Assembly: GCA_044892525.1 (NCBI GenBank)
Contig: CM097885.1
Span: 30,568,001-30,632,000 of the forward strand
Direction of reading: 5' to 3'
DNA length: 64,000 nt
DNA from: Schmidtea polychroa
Taxonomy: Eukaryota
Shown: piece after piece, positions 1-57,730 of the stretch
How positions within the stretch are numbered: the first letter of the stretch is position 1
How the letters are laid out: each line of letters starts with the position of its first letter
The notes under the pieces: model-generated
Told to the model about the DNA's origin: nothing
The model's database searches: none
What the model saw: the letters and a program-made list of their open reading frames with translations, nothing else
Position numbers and translations under genes: made by a program

Positions 1-2490
1 TAACACAAAAACCGCAAAGTTGAAAAAAATTTATGACCAAGGTTTAATTTAAAATAAATAAAATAAACTACATCACACATTAAGAATCAATAAACCCCGT
101 ATAATAGAATAAAGAGATAAATAAATTTAACAGAAAATTCAACACTTAAAAATTTAAATAGAAAAATAATAAAATATAAAATGGAATTATTTGAAAATTA
201 TTTAAACAATATAAAAATTAAATCGTCAAAAATAATAAAATTAATTAGCATTATGTAAATTGTAAAGTTTATAGAATTAAATGGTTATTTAACTTATTAA
301 ATTTAAAGAATAAAAATGTTTAAATTAATAAAAATTAATATAACTCAAATTAGTTAAATTATAAAATTTGTAAAATTAAAATTAATAAAAATTAAATAAG
401 AAATTAATTAAATTTATGAAATTAAAACAAATAAATAATTACACACATTCATGCATGTGTGCAAAATCAATTCAATAATTCTCGCACTCTGATTGGATAG
501 AGTACGCATTCAAAATCAGTATAAATACTGATCACAAATTCAATTGAAAAACTCTCTTTTTTCAACATAGCCACTTAATTTGCAGAACTCTCAGTTTCGA
601 TTTTATGCCAACGTGGATGTGGTAATTTATTTGTTATTGTTTTCTGTAATTTTTATGAAGTATTTTAATTAATAAATTTAATTAATAAATGTCTCGGTTC
701 AATTTTCTTTAGTGATCCTTTTTAATGGTTTAAATTCATTTATTCTAATTCATAGTCTCATTGAATTCAATTATATTATTTGTTGATTGTGTCGATGGTC
801 TGGGCTGGGGAAAAGTTTGTGGACGGGCGGCACTACGTGCTGTTGTTCGGCAGATATTTCGCCGGTTGAGTCCATCGAGTTAGAGGACAGTGATAGTGAT
901 AGGAATGATTAGGGAGTGTAATGTCATTTTAGGCCGTTTAGAATTTTATTTAGATTTAGACAATGTAGGTGGCTTAGTCACCTTTATGTTTTATAGACAT
1001 AAGTGAGTTAGGAGTAAAGATGGAATAGTTGAGACCAGTTGAAGATGGATAAAGTTAGATTTATGTAATTTTTCCGACAGCTCATGATTTGAAACACAGG
1101 CAGATCCCTGCTCAAAATCTTTGAAGAACAATTTAAATATTATGGCAAGTGTGGATTAACTTGAAAATAAGGGCCAATCCCTGCGCAAATTTTTCAAAGG
1201 ATAATTTAAATATTGTAGGAAGTGTAGAATAATAATTACTAGCTGGGAAATAAGGACGGATCCCTGCACAAAATTTTATAAGAGAACAATTAGAAATACC
1301 CGTAATTGAGGACCAACAACGATCCAAAAATAGCCTATATAGTGAATAAGGACGTAAGACCTTCTATCGGCAGTCTAGAACCCGAAAAGAAAATCCAATG
1401 GGGAGTAGTTTTAGTAATAGAGCTCACCTGCTCATTGTTTTTTCACCTTTGTGTACAGTACCAACATGGTCGTCGCCATGGGTACACAAATGGTTTAAAT
1501 TGCAATAGTTATGGAGGTGCTTAGGAAAGAGTCGAACGGTTATGATTACCCCTAACGTATTTTAAATTGTAAAAAGGACACACCCCTAAGTAACCAACAA
1601 TAAGTACAATTTATATTTATAAAGTATTGTATAATATTTTATTCCTTGACATATTTTTTATTTGAGCGAATTTGTTTCAGTAGATTGTTGTCATTTTTTA
1701 AAATATTGTAAAAATCTTCACAAGAATTTGTCAAATTATATTTGACACTTAAAAATACTTTCAAAGTTTCAACACTTAATTTTGATTTCTCTGATGTCCA
1801 CGCTTAATTTAGTGTAGAGAAAACGCCTTCAGTCGCAGCGTTAGTTCCAGGTATTAGTTCCTCGAGTATTTTAAGCTAAGTTTAAGAAAATTTATGTATT
1901 TATGAAATATATAAATAAATTACTTACCTTAATTTTCTATGGTATGTAGCATATTTGTAATATTTATTTGTTTAATTAGCTTCCTAGCACACAGTACGAA
2001 CACGAAGTGTATCATCTGAGAAACAAATACAATGCAACTGGGTAAGAAAAGCAATTTGTTAGTCTTAGTTGTCCGTAGGATTCTTAGAATGCAAAACAAT
2101 AATTTTCATAAATATAAAATTTAACTTAATTCTAAAAGTCGGAACTTTTGAAAAACGTTGCGGGACGCGGGATAAATCGTGAAAAATTGGGACTGTCCCA
2201 CCAAAAGCGGGATGTCTGGTCACCTTAAGCAAATCTCCTGCTATGGGCCTGAGAGGGTTAAAGCCATTACATATAGCCCCATGACATCTGGTCCTATTAC
2301 CCCCAGCCCGTAACCCAGCATTTTAACTAATCTGATTTCACTAAACTTATAGCCAAATTTAAGAAAAAGAATATTTATTAATAAATATATATTTTTTAAA
2401 TTGTATTTCTAAAACAATATATTATTTTAAATAACGGAAAATTATTAAATGTTAAAAAATTAATTATGATTGTTTGAATAATATTTTTAA

Positions 2491-2805
2491 ATGTCATCAA
2501 ACTGCTCAAGATTTTGCTTCAACGATGGAAAATGTAGTGCTTGCAATGATTTAAATGAATCGTACAGATTCTGTGAGGTATGCATTTGTAACGAATTTTG
2601 GATTGGAAACCGGTGTGAAATACGTAATTGTCGGGCGATTGCATCACTAATTCGTAACCATTCTTCATATCTATTTTATATTTACTTAATTTTGATATGT
2701 ATTTTGTGCTTAAGTATAATAATAATTATTTTTGTTTTATGCAAGTTTTCTAAGAGAAGGAATAATGCCGAGAGGAGTATTAGTTTACAGATGCTATTTG
2801 CGTAA
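2491..2805 (+). CDS. Small EGF-like domain, single-pass membrane protein (possibly one exon of a larger gene)
   Basis: Cys spacing CSRFCFNDGKC...CICNEFWIGNRCE resembles an EGF module. It is followed by a hydrophobic stretch (YLFYIYLILICILCLSIIIIIFVLC) and a basic stop-transfer (KFSKRR). Confidence 0.55.
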   Translation: MSSNCSRFCFNDGKCSACNDLNESYRFCEVCICNEFWIGNRCEIRNCRAIASLIRNHSSYLFYIYLILICILCLSIIIIIFVLCKFSKRRNNAERSISLQMLFA

Positions 2806-3129
2806 TATTGTATGTGTCAGGTTATAATAAATGTAAATAATTGGATATTTAATTATTTCATAATATTTTATTAATTTGGAAGGTTTGGTCATCGGATCGA
2901 GGAACTAGTTTAATGGGTAAAGAAAACTGCATTGTATTATAAGTATTACGTTACCACTTATTAATGCAGATGTATGAATTTGATTGTCAAATAAGCACTT
3001 TTTGAGGTGAATTTAATAATTTATGGATCAATTAGTCTTACATTCATTAAAATTTCGACTTTTACAAAAAAATTTTAACTGAATCATTTTTCTTGCATAA
3101 TAATATTCCAACAATTTTTTCTTAATTTG

Positions 3130-3495
3130 TTACCTAACTATTTTGATGGCTTCCAACTTTCCTTTCTTATGGCAGTGAATTATTTTTTTGTACCTGGAAA
3201 CGATATCACAATGTTCAATTATCATCCAATGAGATGAGGACTCTGCAAACAAGGCTAAATTACCGTTGTGCAAACTCATGAGAAAAGAATATGACTAGTT
3301 CCGAACTGTCTCCTCAACTTGCGTTTAGACTGCACCTGTAGTTTTTAGACTTGACCATATGAGCATATGCAAGCCTACAAAGCAACTGTGTTTGGTACTT
3401 AAACCAAAACATCCAAATTTCCACTTATATACTTCCGAAAATTCATTGGCTTTGGTGAAAGTAGTCTCATCGATTTCAACTATGATATCATCGCT
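3130..3495 (-). pseudogene. Degenerate IS1595/Merlin-like DDE transposase fragment
   Basis: Minus strand reads DDIIVEIDETTFTK...G...WMF, similar to the VEIDES.F.K...WVFG motif of ISXO2-like transposases. Broken by stops. Confidence 0.35.
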
Positions 3496-4531
3496 GTTAT
3501 AAAAAAATTCTTAAATTTCAACTATATATGAGTCAATCCACATTTCAGCGTCAACATTGTATATGTAATGTACTGTTATTTTTATGATTATCGTCGATTT
3601 TATTATCTTCACTGTTCATAATGAAATGTGTTGTTAAATATTTTATTGTTATTTTTATTACAATATCGCAATGATATGTCTAATTTGCCTCCAATTTTTG
3701 TTAACATTTTTATTCAACTATATATTTAAAATTCTCTGTAGTAAAAAATTAATAAATATATATTTTTTAAAACAAGAATAAAATTAATACACAAATTATG
3801 AATTACCAATTACAAAAGGAAAAAATACGATAAAGAAACTAAGCGAATTATTGAAACAGAAAAAAAGGAAGAATCAAATAATACAATCAAAGAAGATATC
3901 AATCGAAAATGAAAATAACTATATAGAAAAGAAAACCACCATACCAACTGAAAGAAGTTAGAAAATAGAAAGTAATTTGGAATCATAAATGAATTTTAGA
4001 CTAATGTTTATGCTTCGAATATAAAGGTCTTTTTATTTGTTATATATAATGAAAGTTGTAAACGTTTGTTTTATTGAGTTTTACGTTGAATTGAAGTTTA
4101 TTTTTATTTAATTGTTACACGTTCAAAACTAGCACGCACATACACAAACTCTACATACAATCAACCCAGCTGTCCCGAAACAGCATTTTTATAGCAGACT
4201 CTGCTGCGGTCTATAATTTTTTTCTATACAGACATTTGTATTCACTATTTATAGTAAACAATAAAAAATTAACTAAAATAGGATAATAATAACCAAACAC
4301 ATATATATTTAAGAGACCTCTAATAATAACACATATATTCAAGAGACTTCCAACATTATTGGTGTCAGAAGCAAACACAATAACACAATCACATTCGACG
4401 ACTTTCCTCAATCACCACGCATTTTAGAATACTTATTATAGAAGTATAAATTATAGTGACACTTTTGGTTGAACACAGTAAGCGTTGGTAAAAATCTAAG
4501 GGTAAAAACATAGTTTTTAAAACTCTCTATA

Positions 4532-4745
4532 CAGTAATACCCCGTTTTACGTACACTAAAATAAAAGTATAAAACTGCATGCATAATATCCCTCTTTTTC
4601 TTTTTCTTTTTATTTATATGTTTATTGTTTTAGTTTATTTCAAACTTATTATTCATCAATAAAAGCAGTAGATTCATTTTACGTACATTTTTGTTTTACG
4701 TACACGCTCCGGTCCCAAAGTGTACGTAAGTGCGGGGTATTACTG
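4532..4745. mobile_element. pogo/Tigger-type MITE
   Basis: TIRs CAGTAATACCCCG...CGGGGTATTACTG, flanked by TA on both sides. Confidence 0.75.
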
Positions 4746-5123
4746 TATATCACTGTTTTACATTTTCTCAAAATTAAATTTTTCAATATTTGTGGTTAAT
4801 GCTATGAAATATTTAATATTACGCAAAAGCACCTATTTTAAGAAATTACTTTGAAAGGAACATTTTATTAATATTTTGAAAGACTACAAAATTTTTATGT
4901 TCTACTATTAATTAAAATATTTTAATCCTAAAATTAATAAATAGATTTAACTTATTAAAATTTATATTTCAGTTATATTTAATTAATATTCGGATATGAT
5001 CATATTAGGCTAATTGTTTTACTATTTAATTTCTATCTTCAATAAAAATAGTCACTTCAAACTTTCATTTTTATTATTGAAGAACATTTATTTCAATAAA
5101 ATATAAATATTTTAAATAGTGAA

Positions 5124-48334
<43,211 letters not shown>

Positions 48335-51300
48335 AGTTTCCAGTGTAATACTTATTCAATTATAAGTGTTTTGTGATTTTTTAAAAAGTTTTTTGTGGTT
48401 ATAGATGTTATGATTAAATAAATGTATTGTTTTCTTTGTTGCAATTATGTCTGTGATAATTTCAAGGACGTAAAATATAATAAAAACTACTAATTAAATA
48501 TAAGTAATATTTTTAATGTGCTTCACGATTGATTGAATGTTTTCAACGTTTTCGCGCATTTTCATGGGCAATTATGACCTTTTCACTTTTTTATCATAAG
48601 GTTCTCACTGTAAGAATAGTCGATGAATTTTATCTAGAAACCGATGAAAAACTGTATTTTTCTTCTATAGTTAAGGAAAAGGTCACACTGAAATGAAAAT
48701 AAGAAATAATGTGCTCAGCATTTCTAATAGTAATATATAATATATTAAAACATTTGATTACATTTGATTTTAAAGCAGGCAAGATTTTCGAATTATTATT
48801 TATTACGGCATTTGCTGTTTCCTTACCGAAATTCCGATCATATTTTTTAGATCAGGAAAAGGTCGGGTAATTGGACGTAAGCAATTCTTTAAAACCGGAA
48901 ATTTGAAATATAAGTTACATGATTTACAAATTCAATCAATCACTGTAACAATCGATATCGAAAGTTTTATAAATTTATATGAACTGGAAAAAAGAAAAGT
49001 CAAATGTATATTTGAACGAGAAATATTTCTAGTATTATGTCTTCAGAAATATTATCCGTCATGTGTCAATGTATTTTCTAGTGCAAAGTAGTAATACTCG
49101 AAATAAAATCTTTGGATTATAATCAATATATAAAAAATACTATTGAAGAAATCAATATGTTAATTAATTAATAAATATTTTATCTAAATTAGTTTTATTT
49201 TTATTTACTTTTAAAAATGTCGAAAGGTAATTATACATTTTTGGTTTTTTATAAGTTATTATTTAATTTATCTCTTGAAATAATTTTAAAGGAAATACAA
49301 GAACTTTTTCCAAGAATTAAAAATACATTGGATTATTTCACTTCACAGGGATCGAGATGCATTACGGCATGATTGAAAACATTTGAGTTATGAAATGCAT
49401 AGTTTGTAAGTATTCAATGAGAATAACGTGGTCCAATAAATGTCCATGCTGCCACGAATTTAAGCGAGACCAATTGAAATCCTTAATTTATATAGTTATT
49501 ATATCCCACCTGATGATGACAGGAAAACTGTCGAAATATATCGTGAAAAGAATGTTTGATTGGCGTTTTCTTATAATTAAATCATTGCCATGTATGTTTA
49601 ACTATTTATTAATTTAAATATTTGATTAACTTAAACAAAAATTTAAATCAATTTAGTGCTCCAAATTGATATAATATCCTCACTATAGTGTTTCAACTGA
49701 CATGGAAAGAAAAATAATTTTGAAGCCACATATCCACATATCTGTATATAATTGATAATTTTATTTGTTTGAGTTCCGTACAATGCCGGCTATGTTAGTT
49801 ATTTAACAATAAATTCAAACAAATTATAATTTGTGTAAAATTTCAATTTATTGATCTGCTGTCAAATGCATTTAGAAAGAAAATAAATTAATAAAATATA
49901 TCTAAAGAATTTATTTGTGCTAGAATTGGTTTGCATAAATTAATATTTCAATCATGACGCATTGCAACGCAGTCGTAAGATGAAATGGAGAAATTTCAAT
50001 GATATGAACATTCTTGTAAATGACGAAAAAACCCAAAGTGATTTCCAGAGAGAAATAAATATATTTTTTAAAAAGATTACATGTTTGTTAAATTTGTTAA
50101 AAATTATTTGAAAAATAATATTTTTATATATTTAGGTTAACTTTTTCTTATTAAAATTTTATTTTAATATATTTGGAAACAAACGATCTTCAAAATTCAT
50201 TCAAAGATAAGAAAATATGATGCAAGTGGTCATTTCAAGTATAAAAATTGTCAAAGTAAAACCATATGTAGAAAAATAGCAAATACATTTTGGCCGATGT
50301 AAGCATGTGAAAAGGGTTGATATCTTTTGGTTTCTAGAACTATTATATGTCAGAATAATTATCTGGATTAGCATTATCAAGAAAGTTTGTATTATATTGA
50401 GCATTGTACCTCTTAGGATTCGAGCGTCAAATGCATATATGTAAAAATTGGGACATGCCGAAATAACCGAGTGTTACTTCTGTGAATACCAGATCAAAAC
50501 GCGATAGGTCATCAGTTTCTTTGGTCAATTAACTAAAATTGTTTAGACCACTACATAGTAAAATGACTCATAAAAGCTTATAAAAAGCTTATCATTTTTA
50601 TAATTTTCTTCTTTGACAAATGTTTCCAGTTTTGCGCCATTTACCATTCATAAATCTTTAAAATGTTCCAGTGACTTCTAATTATACACTTCTAGAATTC
50701 TTTAAACATATTTTCGTGCGCTTTATGTTTTAAAATAATTTCAATGAGCGCAATATGATTTATTTGAACTATTTTATTGTCTATAAATAACTAAATGTTT
50801 CTATTCTAAATCTTTTCTTTAAACTCATCTTTATTGGTTGATCAATGAGTGCAATTCGTTGAATGTCACAATTTAGAATTTATATCGTATTTCACCAAAA
50901 ATAACCCCCTGAATTATTTGGAAATAGAATCGCAAGAAATTCAAGCTGGAATTAAAGATCTGAAGAGTAATGAAAATTCTCCAAAAGAAGATGAAATGAT
51001 TGTATTTGTTTAAATGCATATTTTTGTTCATGAAAAATAAGACATTCTCTGAAAGCATTCCGTAGTGAGTCTTTTGAAGCAAAATCTAATATATAAAGAT
51101 GAAAGTTTGTTTGTTTGTTTGTTACCCATAGAATTCCGCACCGTTGGACCTAGGGTGCTGAAATTTTGTATTTGACCCGGGACATGTTTCAACCTATGTT
51201 TCGACCCAGGTGACCACCTCATAGGGTACTTTAACACTACTCAGGGTCACCTTGATTTACTACAGTAGATACCCAAAGGAGGTGAAATCGGCAACAATGT

Positions 51301-54300
51301 TACAAATAAAAGTAATAGATCATGTTAGGTTAATAAAATATGATTATTTCAATTTTTCATTTGACCCATTTTTTACTGGCTGGGTGCCGTTTTAAGTTTT
51401 ACATTTAAATAGATATGAGTGATATATAAATTACATGTACTTTTTTTTAATTAAATTTTTATGTATTTTTCTCTTTTCCCACATGGGATATTAACTGAGG
51501 ATTGTGAGAAATTACAAACATTATGTCAAATTAATATAAAATGTATTTATTATTTTTGTTATATGTTGGGTTTTTAATTGAAAGTCGGCTATCTCTCTGA
51601 CTCCTCGTGGTCTTATTCAGCCAATTAACTCAAACCCAACACATAATAATTTTTATTAAATCTTGATCACAATTACAATTTGTCACTATTTGCACCTTTC
51701 TTTCTCTGACAATTTCCACTCGATAAGCTAGAGAAACCCAAGGGGTGATCATCTTTTCTGGTTCGAGTCTTACTACATTTCTCCTTCCAATTATTGATCG
51801 CCGGATTGTGCTTCTTTGTGTTCTTTTTTCTCTCTTTAACCAAATGGCGCTTGTTCACTTCTGAGCTCTCTTTTTATACTTTTAATAGGAGGCCAATTAT
51901 TAGGAAAAATTTCGCTAAATTATCATAAATCAATATTTTTGGGTTTCTAATTTGTTTACCCTTGATTAAGGCTCAAAATATTCCTCTTTTTATCTCACTT
52001 CTCGGGTCTCACTGCAATTCGGCTTTCCTATAGCGCTCGTGTTTCTCATGGGCTCGGGCTTCCAATTGACTTGGGTTTTCCATTACCGATTAATTAATTT
52101 TAATTAATTTGTTTTTTCGCATTAACTTTCCCTGTGAACACCCTATTAAATTTTTATTATAATTTCAGAATTCGTCTATCAATTTGGTGTTCAACCATAC
52201 CCGAACCCCCGTTCAATATTGATTTTTGATTTTTAGTAAATTTTACACTTTTATTGATTTTAACATTATTTGTTATGCTTTCCTTTTATATTTTAATTTT
52301 TGTGCTAACCCCAAAATATGCATAGACGGTAAACGGTACTTATTATTGGATCAACCTCATTTCGTGATTATCCATAATAAATAGCATTAAATTCATATTA
52401 ATGGACTATCTTCAGTAGCTGTCCCCAACCTATGGCTCCCTTCCCATGTCTATCCGATTGTAGATTTTATTCTGGCCTAAGGGTAGAATTTATATTGGGA
52501 AATTTTTTTAAATTACTATAAATTATATATTTGTTCAGAATAATTAATATTTTTGCTGAATAATATTTAGGCAGATTTTGTACTCTTTACATACTTACTA
52601 TGTTTTACTACTTTTTCACATCTATTTTTTAACATTTTTGTACTAGCATTGGCCAAATTCATAAATCTTTCACCAATTCCTTCTTATTTATTCCATGTTA
52701 TGTTCAGTATGTTCTTCGATTTAGTATCATAATATTTATTAATTTCACTAGACAAGCCACACTTAGTTCTAACGTTCAAAATAAAAGTGGCCCTCCAAAA
52801 TAATGATGCGAATAAAAGACAAGAACATATTGATTTCCATAGTACATATTTTTTAATAATTGCTTTTAAAGTCAACTTATTATTGAGATGGTTGAGCCTA
52901 CCTATTGAGTTCAGTTTACTGATGTTGATATCAGCGGTTTCATAAACCGTTTGCAAGGACTTTGGGCTGAAGTTTCCACTGCAAAAATTCATTAATAAGT
53001 AAATATTTGTCATTTTATTAATGTATAATTTGTCGCTTTATGCAATAAGCGAGGCGATTAAAAGGTAGTTAGGTTACTCGTCTTTCAATGTGCTTTATCT
53101 TTAATCTGCAACAATATATACTATCATTTCAGTAAATTTGGAGTAAACTAACCAATTAGGATAAAAGTTTGGTTTTATATTATCAAGTGAACTTTATGCT
53201 GGGGTTAGTTACTAAGATGTTGAAGTCAATGTAGTGTCACGAAAGAAAAAAATGTTGCTATGATAAGTATTAGGATTCTCATCCGTTAGAACATTAATAT
53301 CGGTTTGGAAATTAATAGATAACTCCAAAAATTTTATTTAATAAATTATGCACTCAAAACGTATGTTTTCTTTTTGTTTGTTATTTAAACAAATTCCAAT
53401 TTTTCTTTTAAAATATCTTTCGATAAAAATATTTTTAAAATTTAACAAAATTACTAATTAAAACTTTTAGAATCTTTCCTCTCCTCACATTAAGGATTAA
53501 ATAGGCCTTGAAATGGTCTCCATTCATTTATGGCATTGATCTGGAAACATGGATAGATTACGCGAAATCTTTAAATTAGTTTAGAAAAGGTGATATCTCT
53601 GCAAACAAACTGGAACATTTTACAATGTGTAAGAGAATTCAACAAAGTTTAAAAATAGATTTCACTATATTAGGTTATCGGGTTATCGCCAACGGTGGAG
53701 TTACCGAGTGAAAACGATTAGCAAGTTTACATAGAAATCAGTCGAAAATGATCAACAAAAGGCAGCTATTTAATCATGAAAAAGAAATTTGTATAGCAGT
53801 AATGATATTTGTTGAATTTTTTTAGAGAACCAGAGTAAAACTACAAATAAATATAGTAAAAAACCCCGAAATACAACGCGGCAACATCCATAAATACAAC
53901 AAAGCTAAGTCATAAATATATTATACAAAAACACGACGTGTGATAAACTGAAAGTAACTGACAAGAGTCTGTAAATCAAATATTTGAGATCCGAACTTTG
54001 AAGAAAAGTTGATGATGTATAAAAAAACAAACGAGTACAGACAGATAATTAAGACGAAGAAAACCGTAAAATTTGAGGGAGTAAAGTAAATAAAGTAAAA
54101 GTGGATCATGACTAGTTAAAGTTAATAAAGGTTAGTTATATAGAAATGAAACGAAAATGAAAAGCATAAGATTATACGAGAGCGGCAAAATTTCAATCTC
54201 TTTTATTTACTTCTGCTTTTCATATTTGATAAAATTTACGAATCAAGATGTACTTTAAAATAGTAATCATTGTATATAGAAAATAACTTATAGTTTCCGA

Positions 54301-55292
54301 TAAAGTATGCTGGCAGGGCTTCACTCGATTAGGAAGTGTCCGTATGATTAGCTCTCATAAACAAATATCGAACGGTGAAATGGATTCACAGTGAAAAGAA
54401 TGATTATGAGTAGGAAGAAGGGTGAGAGATTTGAAAAATAAATGTAGGAGTACACAGATGCAAATGTGGTGGCAGAGTATTTATATGAAGATTAAGAGCA
54501 GAAACAACAACAAGGAACATCGAAGCGTGGCAAAGATATGGACATCAATAGTGGAAATCTGAAGTAGAAGTACGTAGAAAGATAAATAGAAACAAAATAA
54601 TGAGATATAGAAATGAGTAAAATATAGAAAAATGAAAACTAACCGACAAAAGACAGATAGATAAGCTCGCTGGCTTACTCAAAATTGATGTGTTATAAAT
54701 AATAACAAACTAGTTCGAAAAGTTTTTATTTAATAAAAACAATCATATACAATGATAATCAAATAAAATGTTTACCGTTATTAAAATTATACAGAGGTTC
54801 CATATATCCTTTTAATATTGTTTTCCATTGCTTTATATCCCTGAGCTAAATTCTTTAATTTGTATTGTAATATCACCTACTGAATTTTTAATTTTCCTTA
54901 AATGAGAATTTTTTTGGATGGTTTGACTTAGGGAAACTTTAATTTATATAGTAAATTTTTGTTGCTTTCCTGGGATCATTAGTTTTTGTTTTTTCAAAAA
55001 CAATTTCCTATTTCTAATCCACAGTTGCTATTTTTAGTATCGTTCCAATTTTCAGCATCCCAGATGTTGGAAGATAGAAAGTTTGTTACATGTCGTTTAT
55101 TGAACATTATTAACTTTACTATCTATACTTTCTGTTTTTATCACTGGATTCCTCACACATTGTTATTAATCTTACATTCATTGCTGTTATTATCACTGAC
55201 ATTATTATTCTTTCTGTTTATTAAAATGCATTTGAAGTACTTAAAGATTTCTGATTACATAAATTATTAGATGAAAAAAATATTGTAGGCTA

Positions 55293-57331
55293 CACCCGTT
55301 TGCAGTGAACAAACGCGCCTATACTGTAAAAATAAAATCAATACGTGTATATTATATAAACATCCAAACTTGTCTCTGTGTTGAAAATGCATATATAATT
55401 TGATTAACTACTTATTCGGAATATAAGTAATTAATAATCGGCAGTAACTTACATTGTTAACCTATGTGGTAAATTACTTTAATTCTTGCTTGACGGATTG
55501 TTAACAGATTGTTCTCAAGTCTACAATATAACAAACAATCTAATGTTCAGAGCTTATGACTACCGAGTTAATATCTACACAACAAGCCCTAGACCAGTGT
55601 TTCCTGACAATCTTTATACACCCGTTTGCAGTGAACAAACGCATCCTATAATGTAAAAATAAAACCAATAAGTGTATATTATATAAACATACAAACTTAC
55701 CTGTGTGTTGATTTTTAGCGTTGCAATGAACAAATGCATTTAATATAGTGAGAAAGTGGTAGAAAAAATAAACTGACACACACAAACACAACACATAGTA
55801 AAAAATGCATGCAAAAGTTCAATATGTAGAATCGTTGTAATAAATAAAAGCACTATACTAAATCATTTATAGACAAATTTTAGAAAAAAATGAACGAAAA
55901 ATTTTGACAAAATTTCCGAAAACTCAACTTTGAGTTGTATAGATAATAAAGAGATTATTTCGTAAGATTTATCTTCAATTTTTAATAAATTTAATATTAG
56001 TTTTTTTAATAGAACATGACAAAATTCGAATAATTACTTTATTTATGTATAGTTAAAATATATCGAAATAATTCCAAATAACTTAATAAAAATCTTTAAA
56101 AATCCCTGAAATTTAATTAAAATTTTTAATGAAAGTGTTTATAAAAAGTAATATTTAAGAGCTTGAATAATGATCACATATCTATATGGATAAAAATTCA
56201 AGTCTTAAAATTTACTTTAAATAAAACAAAATTACCTGAAAGCCATTTCTAAAATGGCTAAAATAGTTAAACATAAATTACATTATTTCATTAAAGTAAC
56301 TAGTTCACCAGAAATACTTTATGATATACTGTAGTGACGCATCTATAATCGGTTGTACACACCAAACTGTATTATAGATGCGTTTGTTCACTGCAAACGG
56401 GTGTATAATATTGTTTGGTGTGTACAATCAATCATAGATGTGTCACTTTCTGATGAATGGTTTAATTTCGGAATTAGTTAATTTAATATTAACTATTTTA
56501 GCCATTTTAGAAATGACTTTCAAGTAATTTTTTTAATTTAAAGTCAATTTAATAATTTAATATTGATCCATATAGATATGAGATAATTATTCAAGCTCTT
56601 AAATATTACTTTTTATCAACATTTGTATTATAAATTATTTATAATTAAATTTCAGGGATTTTTATTAAATTATTTCGATATAATGTAAGTCAGATATATT
56701 TTTAACTATATATAAATAAAGTAATCGCCAAACACAATTCTCATATCTTCCAAAGATGCATAAAAATTAGATTCTGCGAAATCCAACAAATTATATCCCC
56801 GTTCTTCTGAAATAATGTCTTGTGCTACCTCTTCTACCTGTTGCAAATTTCTCCATATTTTTTATATCTGTAAATTATTGTTCCAATCGATTGTTTGGTG
56901 ATTCCAAGTAATCCACCAAATTCTTCGTAATTTTCAACATTTTTAAAAGCATTAATTAGTCGAATTTTGTCATGTTCTATTAAAAATTGAAGATAAATCT
57001 TACGAAATAATGTCCTTATTATATATATAAATCAAAGTTGAGTTTTCAGAATTATCGTCAAAATTTTTCGTTTATTTTTTTCTAAAAATGTCTGTAAATG
57101 ATTTATTATAGTGCGTTTATTCATTACAACGATTCTACTTTTGCATGCATTTTTTACTATGTGTTGTGTTTGTGTGTGTCAGTTTATTTTTTCTACTACT
57201 TTCTCTATTAAATGTGTTTGTTCATTGCAACGCTTAAAATCAACACACAGGTAAGTTTGTATGTTTATATAATACACACGTATTGATTTTATTTTTACAT
57301 TACAGACGCGTTTGCTCACTGCAAATGGGTG
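55293..57331. mobile_element. Cluster of non-autonomous Tc1/mariner-like elements (complete copy 55619-56403 plus an inverted neighbour)
   Basis: TIR CACCCGTTTGCAGTGAACAAACGC at 55293 and 55619, inverted copies ending at 56403 and 57331. TA flanks on the complete copy. Confidence 0.7.
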
Positions 57332-57730
57332 CATAAACAATTATTATTTCATTGTTTTTAGGACGGTTATAAAATTTTCTCACCATCCCTATACATTGTC
57401 ATAAATAAAATAAAACAAAATGATTAAAAATCAATAAATTGTAAAAATGAATATTTATTGTTCCCTATGGTTTAGTATTTAAATTTTATAATTATTAATT
57501 ATTTTTTCAATTTTCTAACATATATTTGAGATATTTGTTTAGCACTTTGAAGAAAAAAAATTAAATAAAAAATATATAAAACACAAAATATGAATAAAAA
57601 TTTCAAATATTTTCATCTCAATAACACAATGACAAAAATTGATCATCAAATGCATAAAACCAGAAAATATTTCTTTACAAATGTTTAAATATTATCTCCA
57701 GGTCATAGTGTGGTTAAATATAAATAAAAT

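Noticed and set aside
1440..1530. Minus-strand HGDDH peptide as an RdRp GDD motif
   Set aside because: The frame is short and no other RdRp motifs are present. More likely unidentifiable decayed TE sequence.
51085..51260. Helitron-like 5' end (TCTAATATATAAAGATGAAAGTTTGTTTG)
   Set aside because: I found no convincing matching 3' hairpin plus CTRR end.
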